Part shown: positions 35,915 to 45,900 of the stretch, piece after piece | Numbering within the stretch: the first letter of the stretch is position 1 | How the letters are laid out: each line of letters opens with the position of its first letter | Assembly (NCBI GenBank): GCA_946497695.1 | Contig: CAMMLJ010000004.1 | Coordinates: 1,793 to 65,792 of the forward strand | Origin: an uncultured Clostridium sp. | GTDB lineage: Bacteria; Bacillota; Clostridia; TANB77; CAG-508 | Direction: 5' to 3' | Length of the DNA stretch: 64,000 bases | The notes under the pieces: generated by a model | Told to the model about the DNA's origin: nothing | What the model saw: only the letters and a program-made list of their open reading frames with translations | Database searches by the model: none | Made by a program: the position numbers and the translations under genes

Positions 35915-36709
35915 ATGGGAGAAGTAATAGTTATAACATCAGGTAAAGGAGGAGTAGGAAAAACAACTACAACAGCTAATTTAGGTTCTGCACTAGCACT
36001 AGAAGGCAAAAAGGTAGTATTAGTAGATACAGATATAGGTCTTCGTAACTTAGATGTTGTAATGGGTCTAGAAAATAGAATCGTATATGATATCGTAGAT
36101 GTTGTAGAAGAAAAATGTAAATTAAGACAAGCATTAATAAAGGATAAGCGTTTTCAAGAATTATTCCTATTACCTGCTGCCCAAACAAGAGATAAAAGTG
36201 CAATAACAGAAGAACAAATGAGAGATTTAACAAAACAGTTAAAAGAAGAATTTGACTATATTTTAATAGACTGTCCAGCGGGAATAGAGCAAGGTTTTAA
36301 AAATGCAATCGTAGGGGCAGATAAGGCAATAGTTGTAACAATGCCAGAAATTTCAGCCATAAGAGATGCTGATAGAATAATAGGCTTATTAGAATCATCT
36401 GATATAAAAAATCCACAATTAATTATAAATAAATTAAGACCAGAAATGGTTAGAAAAGGTAAAATGATGGATGTTGATGATATAGTAGATTTATTATCAA
36501 TAGAACTTTTAGGAGTAGTACCAGATGACGAATATGTAATTACACAAACGAATAAAGGGGAACCTGTTATATCTAATAGAAAAGCACCTTCAGGTAAAGC
36601 ATATATGGAGACTGCTAAGAGAATTCTAGGGGAAGATATAGAAGTAACAATACCAGGAAGAGAAAAAGGATTTTTTGCAGCTTTAAAAAGATTTTTTAAA
36701 AGAAAATAA
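35915..36709 (+). CDS. minD: septum site-determining ATPase MinD
   Basis: 264 aa; deviant Walker A SGKGGVGKTT; C-terminal amphipathic helix GFFAALKRFFKRK. Confidence 0.95.
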   Translation: MGEVIVITSGKGGVGKTTTTANLGSALALEGKKVVLVDTDIGLRNLDVVMGLENRIVYDIVDVVEEKCKLRQALIKDKRFQELFLLPAAQTRDKSAITEEQMRDLTKQLKEEFDYILIDCPAGIEQGFKNAIVGADKAIVVTMPEISAIRDADRIIGLLESSDIKNPQLIINKLRPEMVRKGKMMDVDDIVDLLSIELLGVVPDDEYVITQTNKGEPVISNRKAPSGKAYMETAKRILGEDIEVTIPGREKGFFAALKRFFKRK

Positions 36710-36728
36710 GTAACATTGGAGGTAAAAT

Positions 36729-37448
36729 ATGTTCGAAAATATAGTAGGTTTCTTCAAGAAGTTATTAAAAAAAGAAGAGGAAGAAGAAAACAATAAAGAT
36801 ATGGCAAAAGAAAGATTACATCTAGTATTAATGCAAGATAGAGCAAATGTTTCAGCAGACTTCTTAGAAATGATGAAACAAGAAATTATAGATGTAATAA
36901 AAAAATATATCGATGTAGATGAAAAAGAAATAGATGTTCATTTGACAAGTAAAACAAATGAAGATGGTACAGCCTCTGCTCCAGCGTTATATGCTAATAT
37001 TCCAATTGTTAGTATTAAACATACTGGGGAAATGGATGAGGAAGTAGTAGAAAAAGTTCAAGAGCAAGAAATAGAAGAAAAAAATATAACAGATAAATTA
37101 GAAGATAAAAAAGAAGATGTAGCAGAAGAAATTAAAACAGAAAAAACAAATGAAGAAAATAAAGATATTCAAAAAAATGAAGAAGTAAAAAAAGAAGAAG
37201 TAAAGTCAAGTAAGATAGAAGAAAATACTGAAAACAAAGAATCTCAAACAGATACTGATACAAAGAATGATGGAACAGACAATAAAAAAATAGAAGAAAA
37301 AGGGAATGCACAAAGTAAAAATGAAGAAATTACAAACAATGTAAAAAATGAAAATAATAATTTAACAACAAATACACAATTAAAACAAGAACCTGTGATA
37401 CATAATAATAGAAAAAGAAGAAATAAGAAAAGAAAAAGTAGAAGATAA
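36729..37448 (+). CDS. minE: cell division topological specificity factor MinE with long low-complexity C-terminal extension
   Basis: Residues 1-97 match MinE (AKERLHLVLMQDR...PALYANIPIVSIK). Residues ~98-239 are E/K/N-rich and end NRKRRNKKRKSRR. Confidence 0.85.
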   Translation: MFENIVGFFKKLLKKEEEEENNKDMAKERLHLVLMQDRANVSADFLEMMKQEIIDVIKKYIDVDEKEIDVHLTSKTNEDGTASAPALYANIPIVSIKHTGEMDEEVVEKVQEQEIEEKNITDKLEDKKEDVAEEIKTEKTNEENKDIQKNEEVKKEEVKSSKIEENTENKESQTDTDTKNDGTDNKKIEEKGNAQSKNEEITNNVKNENNNLTTNTQLKQEPVIHNNRKRRNKKRKSRR

Positions 37449-37490
37449 GGGATGTATAACTAATAAAAATAAATACGTAAAGGATGGAAA

Positions 37491-38597
37491 ATGAAGAAGA
37501 AAATTTTAAAAAATATAGACTGGGGAATTTTTATATGTTGTATTATTCTATCAGTTATAGGAATGGTGGCATTATTTTCTGCAACTTATGATTCTGAAGA
37601 TACTAGTTTACAAAGACAAATAATATGGTTTGTTGTATGCATACCTATAGTTTTTATAATAATATTTATAGATTATGAAGCTATTGCAAAAATATCACCT
37701 ATCCTCTATGGAATAGTTCTGATACTACTAATTGGAGTTTTATTTACAGATTCAGTAAATGGTGCTACAAGCTGGTTCAATTTTGGTGTTTTTTCTTTTC
37801 AACCAGCAGAATTTGCCAAAATAGCGGTAATATTATTTCTTGCACTGGTCTTGTGTAAGATACAAGAAAAAGATAAAAATGAAATAAATAGACCTACTAA
37901 ATTATTAATTTCTTTAGCAGTAGTGGCTGTGCCAGTTTTATTAATAATAAAACAACCTGATTACGGTACAGCAGCAGCATTTTTAGTTGCGACTGTAATG
38001 ATTTTATTTACAGCGGGAATTAATAAGAAATATATTATAGGAACTATTTTATTAGTAGTTATAGCAGTTCCATTATTATATTTCTTTGTATTACCAGATC
38101 ATGCTAAAGAAAGAATAGAAGTATTTTTAAATCCAGAGTCAGATCCACGTGGTTCAGGATATAATTTAACACAATCAAAACTTGCAATAGGAGCAGGTCA
38201 ATTAACAGGTATGGGATTATTAAAAGGTAATCAAACTCAATTAGGTTTCTTATATCCAAAGACAACAGACTTTATTTTCTCTGTTATTGGCGAAGAAATG
38301 GGATTTATAGTTGCAGGTAGTGTAATAATAATATATGTAATACTGATAACTAAAGCGATATATGTGGCAAAAACCGCAAAGGATGACCTCGGAACATTTA
38401 TTGCTATAGGAATTGCAGGAATATTTTTATTCCATATGGTTGAAAATATAGGAATGACAATGGGCTTATTACCAATAACTGGTGTACCATTACCATTTGT
38501 AAGTTATGGAGGAAGTTCATTATTAACTAATTTTATTTTAATAGCATTATTATTAAATATAAGTGGTAGAAGGCAAAAAGCAATATTCATAGAGTAA
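37491..38597 (+). CDS. rodA: SEDS-family peptidoglycan glycosyltransferase RodA (FtsW/RodA/SpoVE family)
   Basis: 368 aa, 10-TM pattern, PDYGTA and TDFIFSVIGEEMGF motifs, position after minE. Confidence 0.85.
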   Translation: MKKKILKNIDWGIFICCIILSVIGMVALFSATYDSEDTSLQRQIIWFVVCIPIVFIIIFIDYEAIAKISPILYGIVLILLIGVLFTDSVNGATSWFNFGVFSFQPAEFAKIAVILFLALVLCKIQEKDKNEINRPTKLLISLAVVAVPVLLIIKQPDYGTAAAFLVATVMILFTAGINKKYIIGTILLVVIAVPLLYFFVLPDHAKERIEVFLNPESDPRGSGYNLTQSKLAIGAGQLTGMGLLKGNQTQLGFLYPKTTDFIFSVIGEEMGFIVAGSVIIIYVILITKAIYVAKTAKDDLGTFIAIGIAGIFLFHMVENIGMTMGLLPITGVPLPFVSYGGSSLLTNFILIALLLNISGRRQKAIFIE

Positions 38598-38617
38598 AAA
38601 TTAAGGAGCAAAATGAT

Positions 38618-39601
38618 TTGTATTTAAAAAGTATAAAGATTGGAAATTTAGAATTACAAAATAATGTATTTTTAGCACCTATGGCAGGAATTACAGATAA
38701 ATCATTTAGAATTTTATGCAAAGAAATGGGTGTAGGGCTTACTACAACAGAAATGGTAAGTGCAAAAGCAATTTATTATCATGATAATAAAACTAAAAAA
38801 CTATATAATTTAGATGGAGAAAAAAAGCCAATTAGTATTCAATTATTTGGTAGTGATTTAGAAGCAATAAAATATGCAACACAAGAAGTAGATAAAATTG
38901 CTGATATTATAGACTTTAATATGGGATGCCCTGCACCAAAAATAGTAAAAAATGGTGATGGCAGTAATTTATTGTTACATTTGGATTTGATAGAAAAAAT
39001 AGTTATGGCAATACGAGAAAATACCAATAAACCAATTGCTTTTAAAATAAGAAAAGGTTGGGATGAAAATAATATCGTAGCAGTTCAAGCAGCACAAATA
39101 ATAGAAAAAGCAGGTGCTTCTGCTATTACAATTCATGGTAGAACCAGAAAAGAATTTTATTCTGGAAAAGCAGATTGGGATATTATAAAAAAAGTGAAAA
39201 AAAGTGTTAAAATTCCAGTAATAGGTAATGGAGACATAGTAGATGAAGAAACAGCAGAAGAAATGTTTAAATATACAAATGTAGATGGAATAATGATTGG
39301 AAGAGCAGCTTTTGGAAATCCATGGATTTTTAGAGAGATAATACATTATTTAAAAACAGGTGAAAAATTAGAAAAGCCAACTTTGGATGAAAGATATAAT
39401 ACTATGGTAAGACATATAAACATGGAAATAGAAGAAAGAGGAGAAGAAGTAGCCATAAAAGAAATGAGAAAACAATTAAGTTGGTATATAAAAAATTTAA
39501 AAGATGCAAGTCAAATGAGAGATAGAATAAATAAAATTATAAATAAAGATGAATTGTTAAATGAAATAAAAACATATTTTGAATATCTAAAAAATAATTG
39601 A
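38618..39601 (+). CDS. dus: tRNA-dihydrouridine synthase
   Basis: TTG start after AAGGAG; FLAPMAGITDKSFR, DFNMGCPAPK, HGRTR motifs. Confidence 0.9.
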   Translation: MYLKSIKIGNLELQNNVFLAPMAGITDKSFRILCKEMGVGLTTTEMVSAKAIYYHDNKTKKLYNLDGEKKPISIQLFGSDLEAIKYATQEVDKIADIIDFNMGCPAPKIVKNGDGSNLLLHLDLIEKIVMAIRENTNKPIAFKIRKGWDENNIVAVQAAQIIEKAGASAITIHGRTRKEFYSGKADWDIIKKVKKSVKIPVIGNGDIVDEETAEEMFKYTNVDGIMIGRAAFGNPWIFREIIHYLKTGEKLEKPTLDERYNTMVRHINMEIEERGEEVAIKEMRKQLSWYIKNLKDASQMRDRINKIINKDELLNEIKTYFEYLKNN

Positions 39602-39604
39602 ATA

Positions 39605-39648
39605 AAATTAGAAAAAGAATAGTATTTATACTATTCTTTTTCTAATTT
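39605..39648. terminator. 20-bp perfect hairpin after dus
   Basis: AAATTAGAAAAAGAATAGTA / TACTATTCTTTTTCTAATTT, loop TTTA. Confidence 0.75.
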
Positions 39649-39678
39649 TATATGAGTCAACTTATTAGGAGGTTTTTT

Positions 39679-40275
39679 ATGAAAAAAAATAAATTAATCA
39701 TTTTTTTGATTTTTGCGATAATAATAATTTCTTTAATTATTTTTTTTACAGTAAATAATAATAAAAAAATCGAAATTGGGAATAATGATAGTAATCAAAT
39801 TTTAAATATGAACTCGTATAAAGCTAAAATAGAAGTAACTATAGTAAGTAATAAAAATACTAATAAATATAAAATGATACAAGAATACAAAAATGGAGAA
39901 TATTGTATACAAGAAATAGAAGAACCAGAAAATATAAGAGGAGTAAGAATTGAATATAATAATAATACATTAACTTTAAAAAATAGTAATTTAAATCTTA
40001 CAAATGTATATGAAAATTATAAATACATTACAGAAAATAATTTATTTTTAAATGAATTTATAAAAGATTTTAACGATAATGGCAATTCAAAAAAAGAAGA
40101 AACTGAAGATGAAATTATATTACAAACAGATTGCAAAACACAGGAAAATAAGTATCAAATAAAGAAGAAATTAACAATAGATAAAAAAACAAATAAACCA
40201 AAAAAATTAGAAGTACAAGACATTAACCAAAATATAACTGTTTACATATTATATAATGAGATAAGTTATAAGTAG
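39679..40275 (+). CDS. membrane-anchored hypothetical protein
   Basis: Start at [12 protein letters not shown] (AGGAGG upstream). One N-terminal TM helix and an N/K-rich ectodomain. No motif recognised. Confidence 0.55.
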   Translation: MKKNKLIIFLIFAIIIISLIIFFTVNNNKKIEIGNNDSNQILNMNSYKAKIEVTIVSNKNTNKYKMIQEYKNGEYCIQEIEEPENIRGVRIEYNNNTLTLKNSNLNLTNVYENYKYITENNLFLNEFIKDFNDNGNSKKEETEDEIILQTDCKTQENKYQIKKKLTIDKKTNKPKKLEVQDINQNITVYILYNEISYK

Positions 40276-40348
40276 TAAAAAAGGCTATTTTCTTTATCTC
40301 GAGCTAGTATTTAAAACAAGATATATACTAATAATGGGAGTGAAGAAA

Positions 40349-40699
40349 ATGAACATTAAAAGAGGCGACATGTTTTATGCAGATTTAAGTCCTGTTGTTG
40401 GCTCAGAACAAGGAGGAATTAGACCAGTTTTAATAATACAAAATGATTTGGGAAATAAATATAGTCCAACTGTAATTGCAGCTGCAATTACATCTCAAAA
40501 AACTAAAAATAAGTTGCCTACACATATAGAAATTAATTCAAAAGACTTTGGATTAAAATCAGATTCTATAGTACTTGCAGAACAAATTAGAACAATAGAC
40601 AAAAGTAGATTAAAAGAGAGAATAGGACATATAGACAATGATGAAATTATAGGAAAGATAAATAATGCGCTTGGAGTTAGTTTTGGTTTAGGCGAATAA
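40349..40699 (+). CDS. mazF: type II toxin MazF/EndoA (PemK-family endoribonuclease)
   Basis: [34 protein letters not shown]...LPTHIEI...[12 protein letters not shown], very close to EndoA/NdoA. Start at MNIKRGD. Confidence 0.9.
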   Translation: MNIKRGDMFYADLSPVVGSEQGGIRPVLIIQNDLGNKYSPTVIAAAITSQKTKNKLPTHIEINSKDFGLKSDSIVLAEQIRTIDKSRLKERIGHIDNDEIIGKINNALGVSFGLGE

Positions 40700-40706
40700 T
40701 TAAGAT

Positions 40707-40757
40707 AGAACGTTCTGATTTTTCTTTAAAGGAGAAATTCAGAACGTTCTTTTTTTT
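40707..40757 (+). terminator. strong intrinsic terminator after mazF
   Basis: AGAACGTTCTGATTTTTC / GAGAAATTCAGAACGTTCT stem followed by T7. Confidence 0.85.
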
Positions 40758-40778
40758 GAATTGTAATTTGAATAAAAT

Positions 40779-40841
40779 AGGGAAAAGAGGAACGTCCCCA
40801 AATCCCGAAAAGGGAAAAAAAGGAACGTTCCCAAATCCCTA
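40779..40841 (-). repeat. REP-like cluster (locus J): two tandem reverse units
   Basis: AGGGAAAAGAGGAACGTCCCCAAATCCC and AGGGAAAAAAAGGAACGTTCCCAAATCCCTA; the terminal CTA is the TAG stop of the HD-GYP gene. Confidence 0.9.
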
Positions 40842-41777
40842 AACTTGTAATTTTTTTATTATTTTAATTTCTTCATATAATTTGTTTACAATTTCTTTTC
40901 TGGTTAAATGTGCTGTTTGATATTCATGATATATTTTATGAATATTTTCAAAATTTTCACCTTCTTGAAATAGCATTTCCATTCCTTCTTTATAATAATT
41001 CTTCTTTTTTTCGGAATGAGCTTTATCCATTTTTTCTTCATATTCTAAGATCTGTTCGATTCTTTTTATTTGCTCTTTTAGATAGTCAACATATCCTGTA
41101 ACACAACTAATTTCGTAGTAGGTATCATCAATAACAACTTTAAATAAAGCTTTTACTACTTTTTTATTAAGTTTTCCAAGTTTTACCCCTTGTGCTGCAT
41201 TATCTAAAGCTGCTACTTTTACATTTGGCTCAGTATCTTTAATTAATTCTTTTAAAGTGTCTGATATATGAATATGAGTTTTATATTGTCTTTTTGTAAC
41301 TAGAGCATCATAATCATCTGCAACTTTTATAATTTGATCTTCATATGGAATCAAATTACCTACCAAGCCTTCCGGATATCCTGTACCATCTAATGTTTCA
41401 TGATGGTATTTTGGTCCTAATGCATATGGTCTTAATCTAATATCATCCATACACATTTTATAGCCAATAAGAGTATGTGTTTTCATGATATCAAATTCTT
41501 CAGCTGTTAATCTGTCTGGTTTATTTAAAATTTTTGAAGGAATAAACATTTTACCAATATCATGAAGATATGCACATATAGTACAATAAGCAGTAAAATT
41601 CTTATCACAACGTAAATATTCGCATAACCTACAGGTGATACTTGCAACATTTTCGCTATGAATTCTAGTAAATGGATCTAAACTATCTAGCATAGTTAAT
41701 TGATATCTCATAGTGACATCTAAATTATAAGATTTTAAAGTTGTTTTATCATAAAAATCAAATTTTTGCTCAAACAT
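40839..41777 (-). CDS. HD-GYP domain protein (putative c-di-GMP phosphodiesterase), paralog 1
   Basis: 312 aa; HSENVA, YLHDIGKMFIP, HHETLDGTGYPEGL. Confidence 0.8.
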   Translation of the reverse strand: MFEQKFDFYDKTTLKSYNLDVTMRYQLTMLDSLDPFTRIHSENVASITCRLCEYLRCDKNFTAYCTICAYLHDIGKMFIPSKILNKPDRLTAEEFDIMKTHTLIGYKMCMDDIRLRPYALGPKYHHETLDGTGYPEGLVGNLIPYEDQIIKVADDYDALVTKRQYKTHIHISDTLKELIKDTEPNVKVAALDNAAQGVKLGKLNKKVVKALFKVVIDDTYYEISCVTGYVDYLKEQIKRIEQILEYEEKMDKAHSEKKKNYYKEGMEMLFQEGENFENIHKIYHEYQTAHLTRKEIVNKLYEEIKIIKKLQV

Positions 41778-41858
41778 TTAATACTCCTCTTTCGTTAAAA
41801 TTATTAGGTTTCTAGTATATAGTAAACCGGGTGAAATCAAAAATTTGGACTATGGTTC

Positions 41859-42749
41859 TTAAATTTTTAATTTCCTGATTTGTTTTAATTCTTCATTTAA
41901 TTTATCTATTTGTTTTTCCTTGTCTACTAAAGCTTTTTTATATTCATCAAGGATGCCTTCAAAGTTTTCTACTGTTTCACCTTTATCAAATAGCATTTTT
42001 ATGCCTTCTAAGTAATAATTTTTTTGTTTGTCAGAATTTGAAGAATTCATTTTATCAAAATATCTTTTTATTTGTTTAAGTCTTCTTATATTATCTTTTA
42101 AGTAAGTTAAATAGTTAAAATCACATGAAATTTCATAAATTGTATCATCTATTACTACTTTTTTTAATGCTTTTGTAGCCGGTACATTATTTTTTCCATT
42201 ATGCGCATTTTCAATTAATATTTTTAAAGTATCAATAATACCAACATGTGATTTATATTGTCTTTTACTAACTATTGCATCAAATTCATCAGCAACTCTA
42301 ATGATTTGAGCTTCTATTGGTATATCATCACCTTTTAATCCTTCTGGGTAACCTGTACCGTTTAATGCTTCATGATGGCATTTAGGACCAGCTGAATAAG
42401 GTCTTAAATTAACGTCATTCATACACATTTTATATCCAATAGTTGTATGTTTTTTCATGATTTTATATTCTTCATCTGTAAGTTTTGCAGGTTTTTGAAG
42501 AATAGATGGTGGAATAAACATTTTACCAATATCATGTAAATATGCACAAGTTGTACAATAAGTAGTAAAATCTTTATTTAAATGAAGATAGTCACAGATT
42601 CTACAAGTTATATTTGCTACACCTTCAGAATGTTTCTTTGTAAAATTATCTAGAGAATCTAGCATTTTTAATTGATATCTAGCTGTTGAATCTAAATCGT
42701 AAGATTTTAAGACAGTTTTATCATAAAAGTCAAATTTTTCTTTAATCAT
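41859..42749 (-). CDS. HD-GYP domain protein, paralog 2
   Basis: 296 aa; HSEGVA, YLHDIGKMFIP, HHEALNGTGYPEGL; colinear with paralog 1 over the full length. Confidence 0.8.
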   Translation of the reverse strand: MIKEKFDFYDKTVLKSYDLDSTARYQLKMLDSLDNFTKKHSEGVANITCRICDYLHLNKDFTTYCTTCAYLHDIGKMFIPPSILQKPAKLTDEEYKIMKKHTTIGYKMCMNDVNLRPYSAGPKCHHEALNGTGYPEGLKGDDIPIEAQIIRVADEFDAIVSKRQYKSHVGIIDTLKILIENAHNGKNNVPATKALKKVVIDDTIYEISCDFNYLTYLKDNIRRLKQIKRYFDKMNSSNSDKQKNYYLEGIKMLFDKGETVENFEGILDEYKKALVDKEKQIDKLNEELKQIRKLKI

Positions 42750-42914
42750 TTTAATACTCCTTTGTAAATAGTATTACTTTTTGCTATGTAAATAATTCAA
42801 TATTTTTTTCAAAATTATAATATCATTAAATGAAATAAAGTTCAATATATTGTTGATTTATATCGATTTTTAATATATTATAAAGAAGTACAAAAAGATA
42901 AAAAGGTGATTATA

Positions 42915-45900
42915 ATGTATTTAAAAAGACTAGAGTTACAAGGATTTAAATCCTTTGCAGATAAAACAGTTTTAGAATTTATGCCAGGAATTACAACAGT
43001 TATAGGACCAAATGGTTCTGGTAAAAGTAATATATCTGATGCAATTCGTTGGGTATTAGGTGAACAAAGTATAAAATCATTAAGAGGTGCAAAATCAGAA
43101 GATATTATTTTTGCAGGAACACAAAACAGAAAATCTTTAGGTTTTGCAGAAGCATCTTTAGTTTTTAATAATGATGATGGTAAATTACCAATAGAATATG
43201 CAGAAGTTACAGTAACAAGAAGAATATATAGAACAGGTGAGACAGGTTATTTTATAAACAAAACTCCTTGTAGATTAAAAGATATTCTAGAATTATTTAT
43301 GGATACTGGTATTGGTAAAGATGGATATTCAATTATTGGCCAAGGAAAAATAGACGAAATATTAAGTAATAAATCAGAAGATAGAAGACATATTTTTGAA
43401 GAAGCAGCAGGAATTGTAAAATATCGTAGCAGAAAAGAAGATTCAGAAAAGAAACTAGAAAGAGCGAAATTAAATTTATTAAGAATTAATGATATCTTAT
43501 CAGAAATAGAAAATAATATGGAACCTTTAAAAATACAGTCAGAAAAAGCTAAAAAGTTTTTAAGCTTAAGAGAGGAATTAAAGGGAATAGAAGTTGGATT
43601 ATTCTTATATAATATCGATTTATATAAAGAAAGATTAGAAAAAATAACTGCTGATGAAGATATTATGAATTCAACTTATGAAAATGAACAAAAAAGCCAA
43701 GAAGAAAAGAACGAGAAAAAGAACAAATTAAAAGTAGAGATAAATAATTTAATAGAAGAAATAGAATCTATGCAAAATATTGGTTTTGAAAGTTCTAATC
43801 AGATAGAGAAAATAAATTCTAATATAAATGTATCAGAAGAAAGAATTAATAATATACAAGAAAATAATAAAAGATATGAAACAGAAATCGCAGAGATAAA
43901 TGAGAAAATAGTAGAATTAGAAGAAGAAAAGAAACAAAAAATAGCTAAAAAAGAAAATCTATTTAACAATAAAGAAAAATTCGAAAAAGAATTAAAAGAA
44001 AAGGAAGAAGAATTAAACCAATTAACTGCAAAATTATCTGATAAGCAATTAGAAATAGAAAAGAAAAAGAAGACAATCGAAGAAAATACAGATAAAAAAT
44101 ACGAAGTACAAAATGATATAAATACACAAGATGTAACTACAGATTCTGTAGAAAAAAATATAAAAGCTAAAACAGAAGAATTAGAACTTACAATTTCTGA
44201 ATTAGATCAGTCAAGATTAAAGAAAAGTGAAATTGAGCAAAACTTTATCGAGATAGAGTCAAAAAGAAATAAATTAAAAAATGATCTAAGTGAGATAGAG
44301 AATAAAAAAATAGAGGCTGATAATAAAATAAAAAGTTTTGAAACAGAAATTAATAATTTAGGCCAAGAAATAAGAATAAAAGAAGCCAGATTAAAATTTC
44401 TAGAAGAAACTGAAAAAGAAAAAGAAGGTTATACCAAAAGTGTTAAAGCTTTACTTAAATCAGCAGATATGAATCCAGAACTAAAAAAAGGATTACATGA
44501 TGTTATTGCAAACTTATTAAATGTAAAAAAAGAATATGAGGTTGCAATAGAAATGTCATTAGGTGCAAGTCTTCAAAATGTTGTTACAGAAACAGAACAA
44601 GAAGCTAAGATACTAATTGAATATTTAAGAAAAAATAATTTAGGAAGAGTAACATTTTTACCTATTTCAGCTGTTAAAGGAAAAAAATTAGACAGAGCAA
44701 ACTTAAATATTAAAGGTGTAATTGGAATTGCTTCTGATTTGGTACAATATGATAAAAAATATGATGGAATATTTAACAATCTATTAGGAAGAACAGTTAT
44801 TGTAGATGATATGGAAGCTGGAATTGCAGTTGCTAAAAAGAATAATTATGCATTTAGAGTTGTAACATTAAAAGGTGATATAATTAATTCTTCTGGAGCA
44901 ATGACAGGTGGGTCAGTACAAACTAAAACTGTAAATATTCTAGGAAGAAGTAGAGAAATAGAGGCATTAAAAGAAGAATTAAACAAATTAAATTCAAGCT
45001 TAAAAAATAAAGAAAAAGAGAAAGAAGAATATTTAGCTAGCATAGAAGAATTATTAGAGACAATAGAACACTTAGAAAATAATTTACAAGAGATAGATAT
45101 AGAATATGCAACACAAAAACAAAAAGTGGAATTAATCTCAGAAAATGTTGAGAAATTAACAGTTAGAATGGACAAAACAAAACAAGAAATAGAAAATCTA
45201 AATAATCAGAAAAAAGACATTGCAGAAAATAAGGAAAAATTAAAAGAAGATTTATCAAAGTTAGAAAAAGAAATACAAACTTTAAATTTAGAAGTAGAAG
45301 AATTTGTTAAATTAAATAAAGATGATCAAACATATATTGATAATTTAAATATGGATATAACGAATTTAAAGATATCTGTATCATCTTTTGAAGAAAGCGA
45401 AATGTCAATAGATGAAATGACAGAAAGAATTAATAATGATATCCAAAATAATAAAAACAGTATAAAAGCTAAAAATGAACAAATAGAGCAAAATAAACAG
45501 GAAGAAGAAAACTTAAGAGCACAAATAGAAGAATTTAAAGCAAAAATTATAGAGATAAAAGAAAATGTAAAAAATAGTGGTTCAAAAATAGAAGAATTAA
45601 AGAAAAATAAAAATGAAAAGAACACAGAATTAGAAAAAATAGAAAAAGAAATAGAAGAACAATTTGGAAGATTGCAAGATTTAAAAGAGCAATTAGTAAA
45701 AATTGACCTAAAGAAAAATAAAACCTCTCAAGACCTAGAAGATGTAATTAATAGAATGTGGGAAGAGTATGAATTAACACCTAATAATGCAGAAGGATTT
45801 GTAAAAACAACAGATCCTGCGAAGACACAAAAAGAAGTTAATTATTTAAGAAATCAAATAAGAGATTTAGGAAGTATAAATATTGATTCTATTAAAGAAT

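Noticed and set aside
40707-40757. GAACGTTC-containing hairpin after mazF as another member of the REP family, or as a LexA-like site
   Set aside because: It shares only the palindromic GAACGTTC core. It has a long unrelated stem and a T7 tail, so it is an ordinary intrinsic terminator, and the half-sites have no 4-nt spacer.
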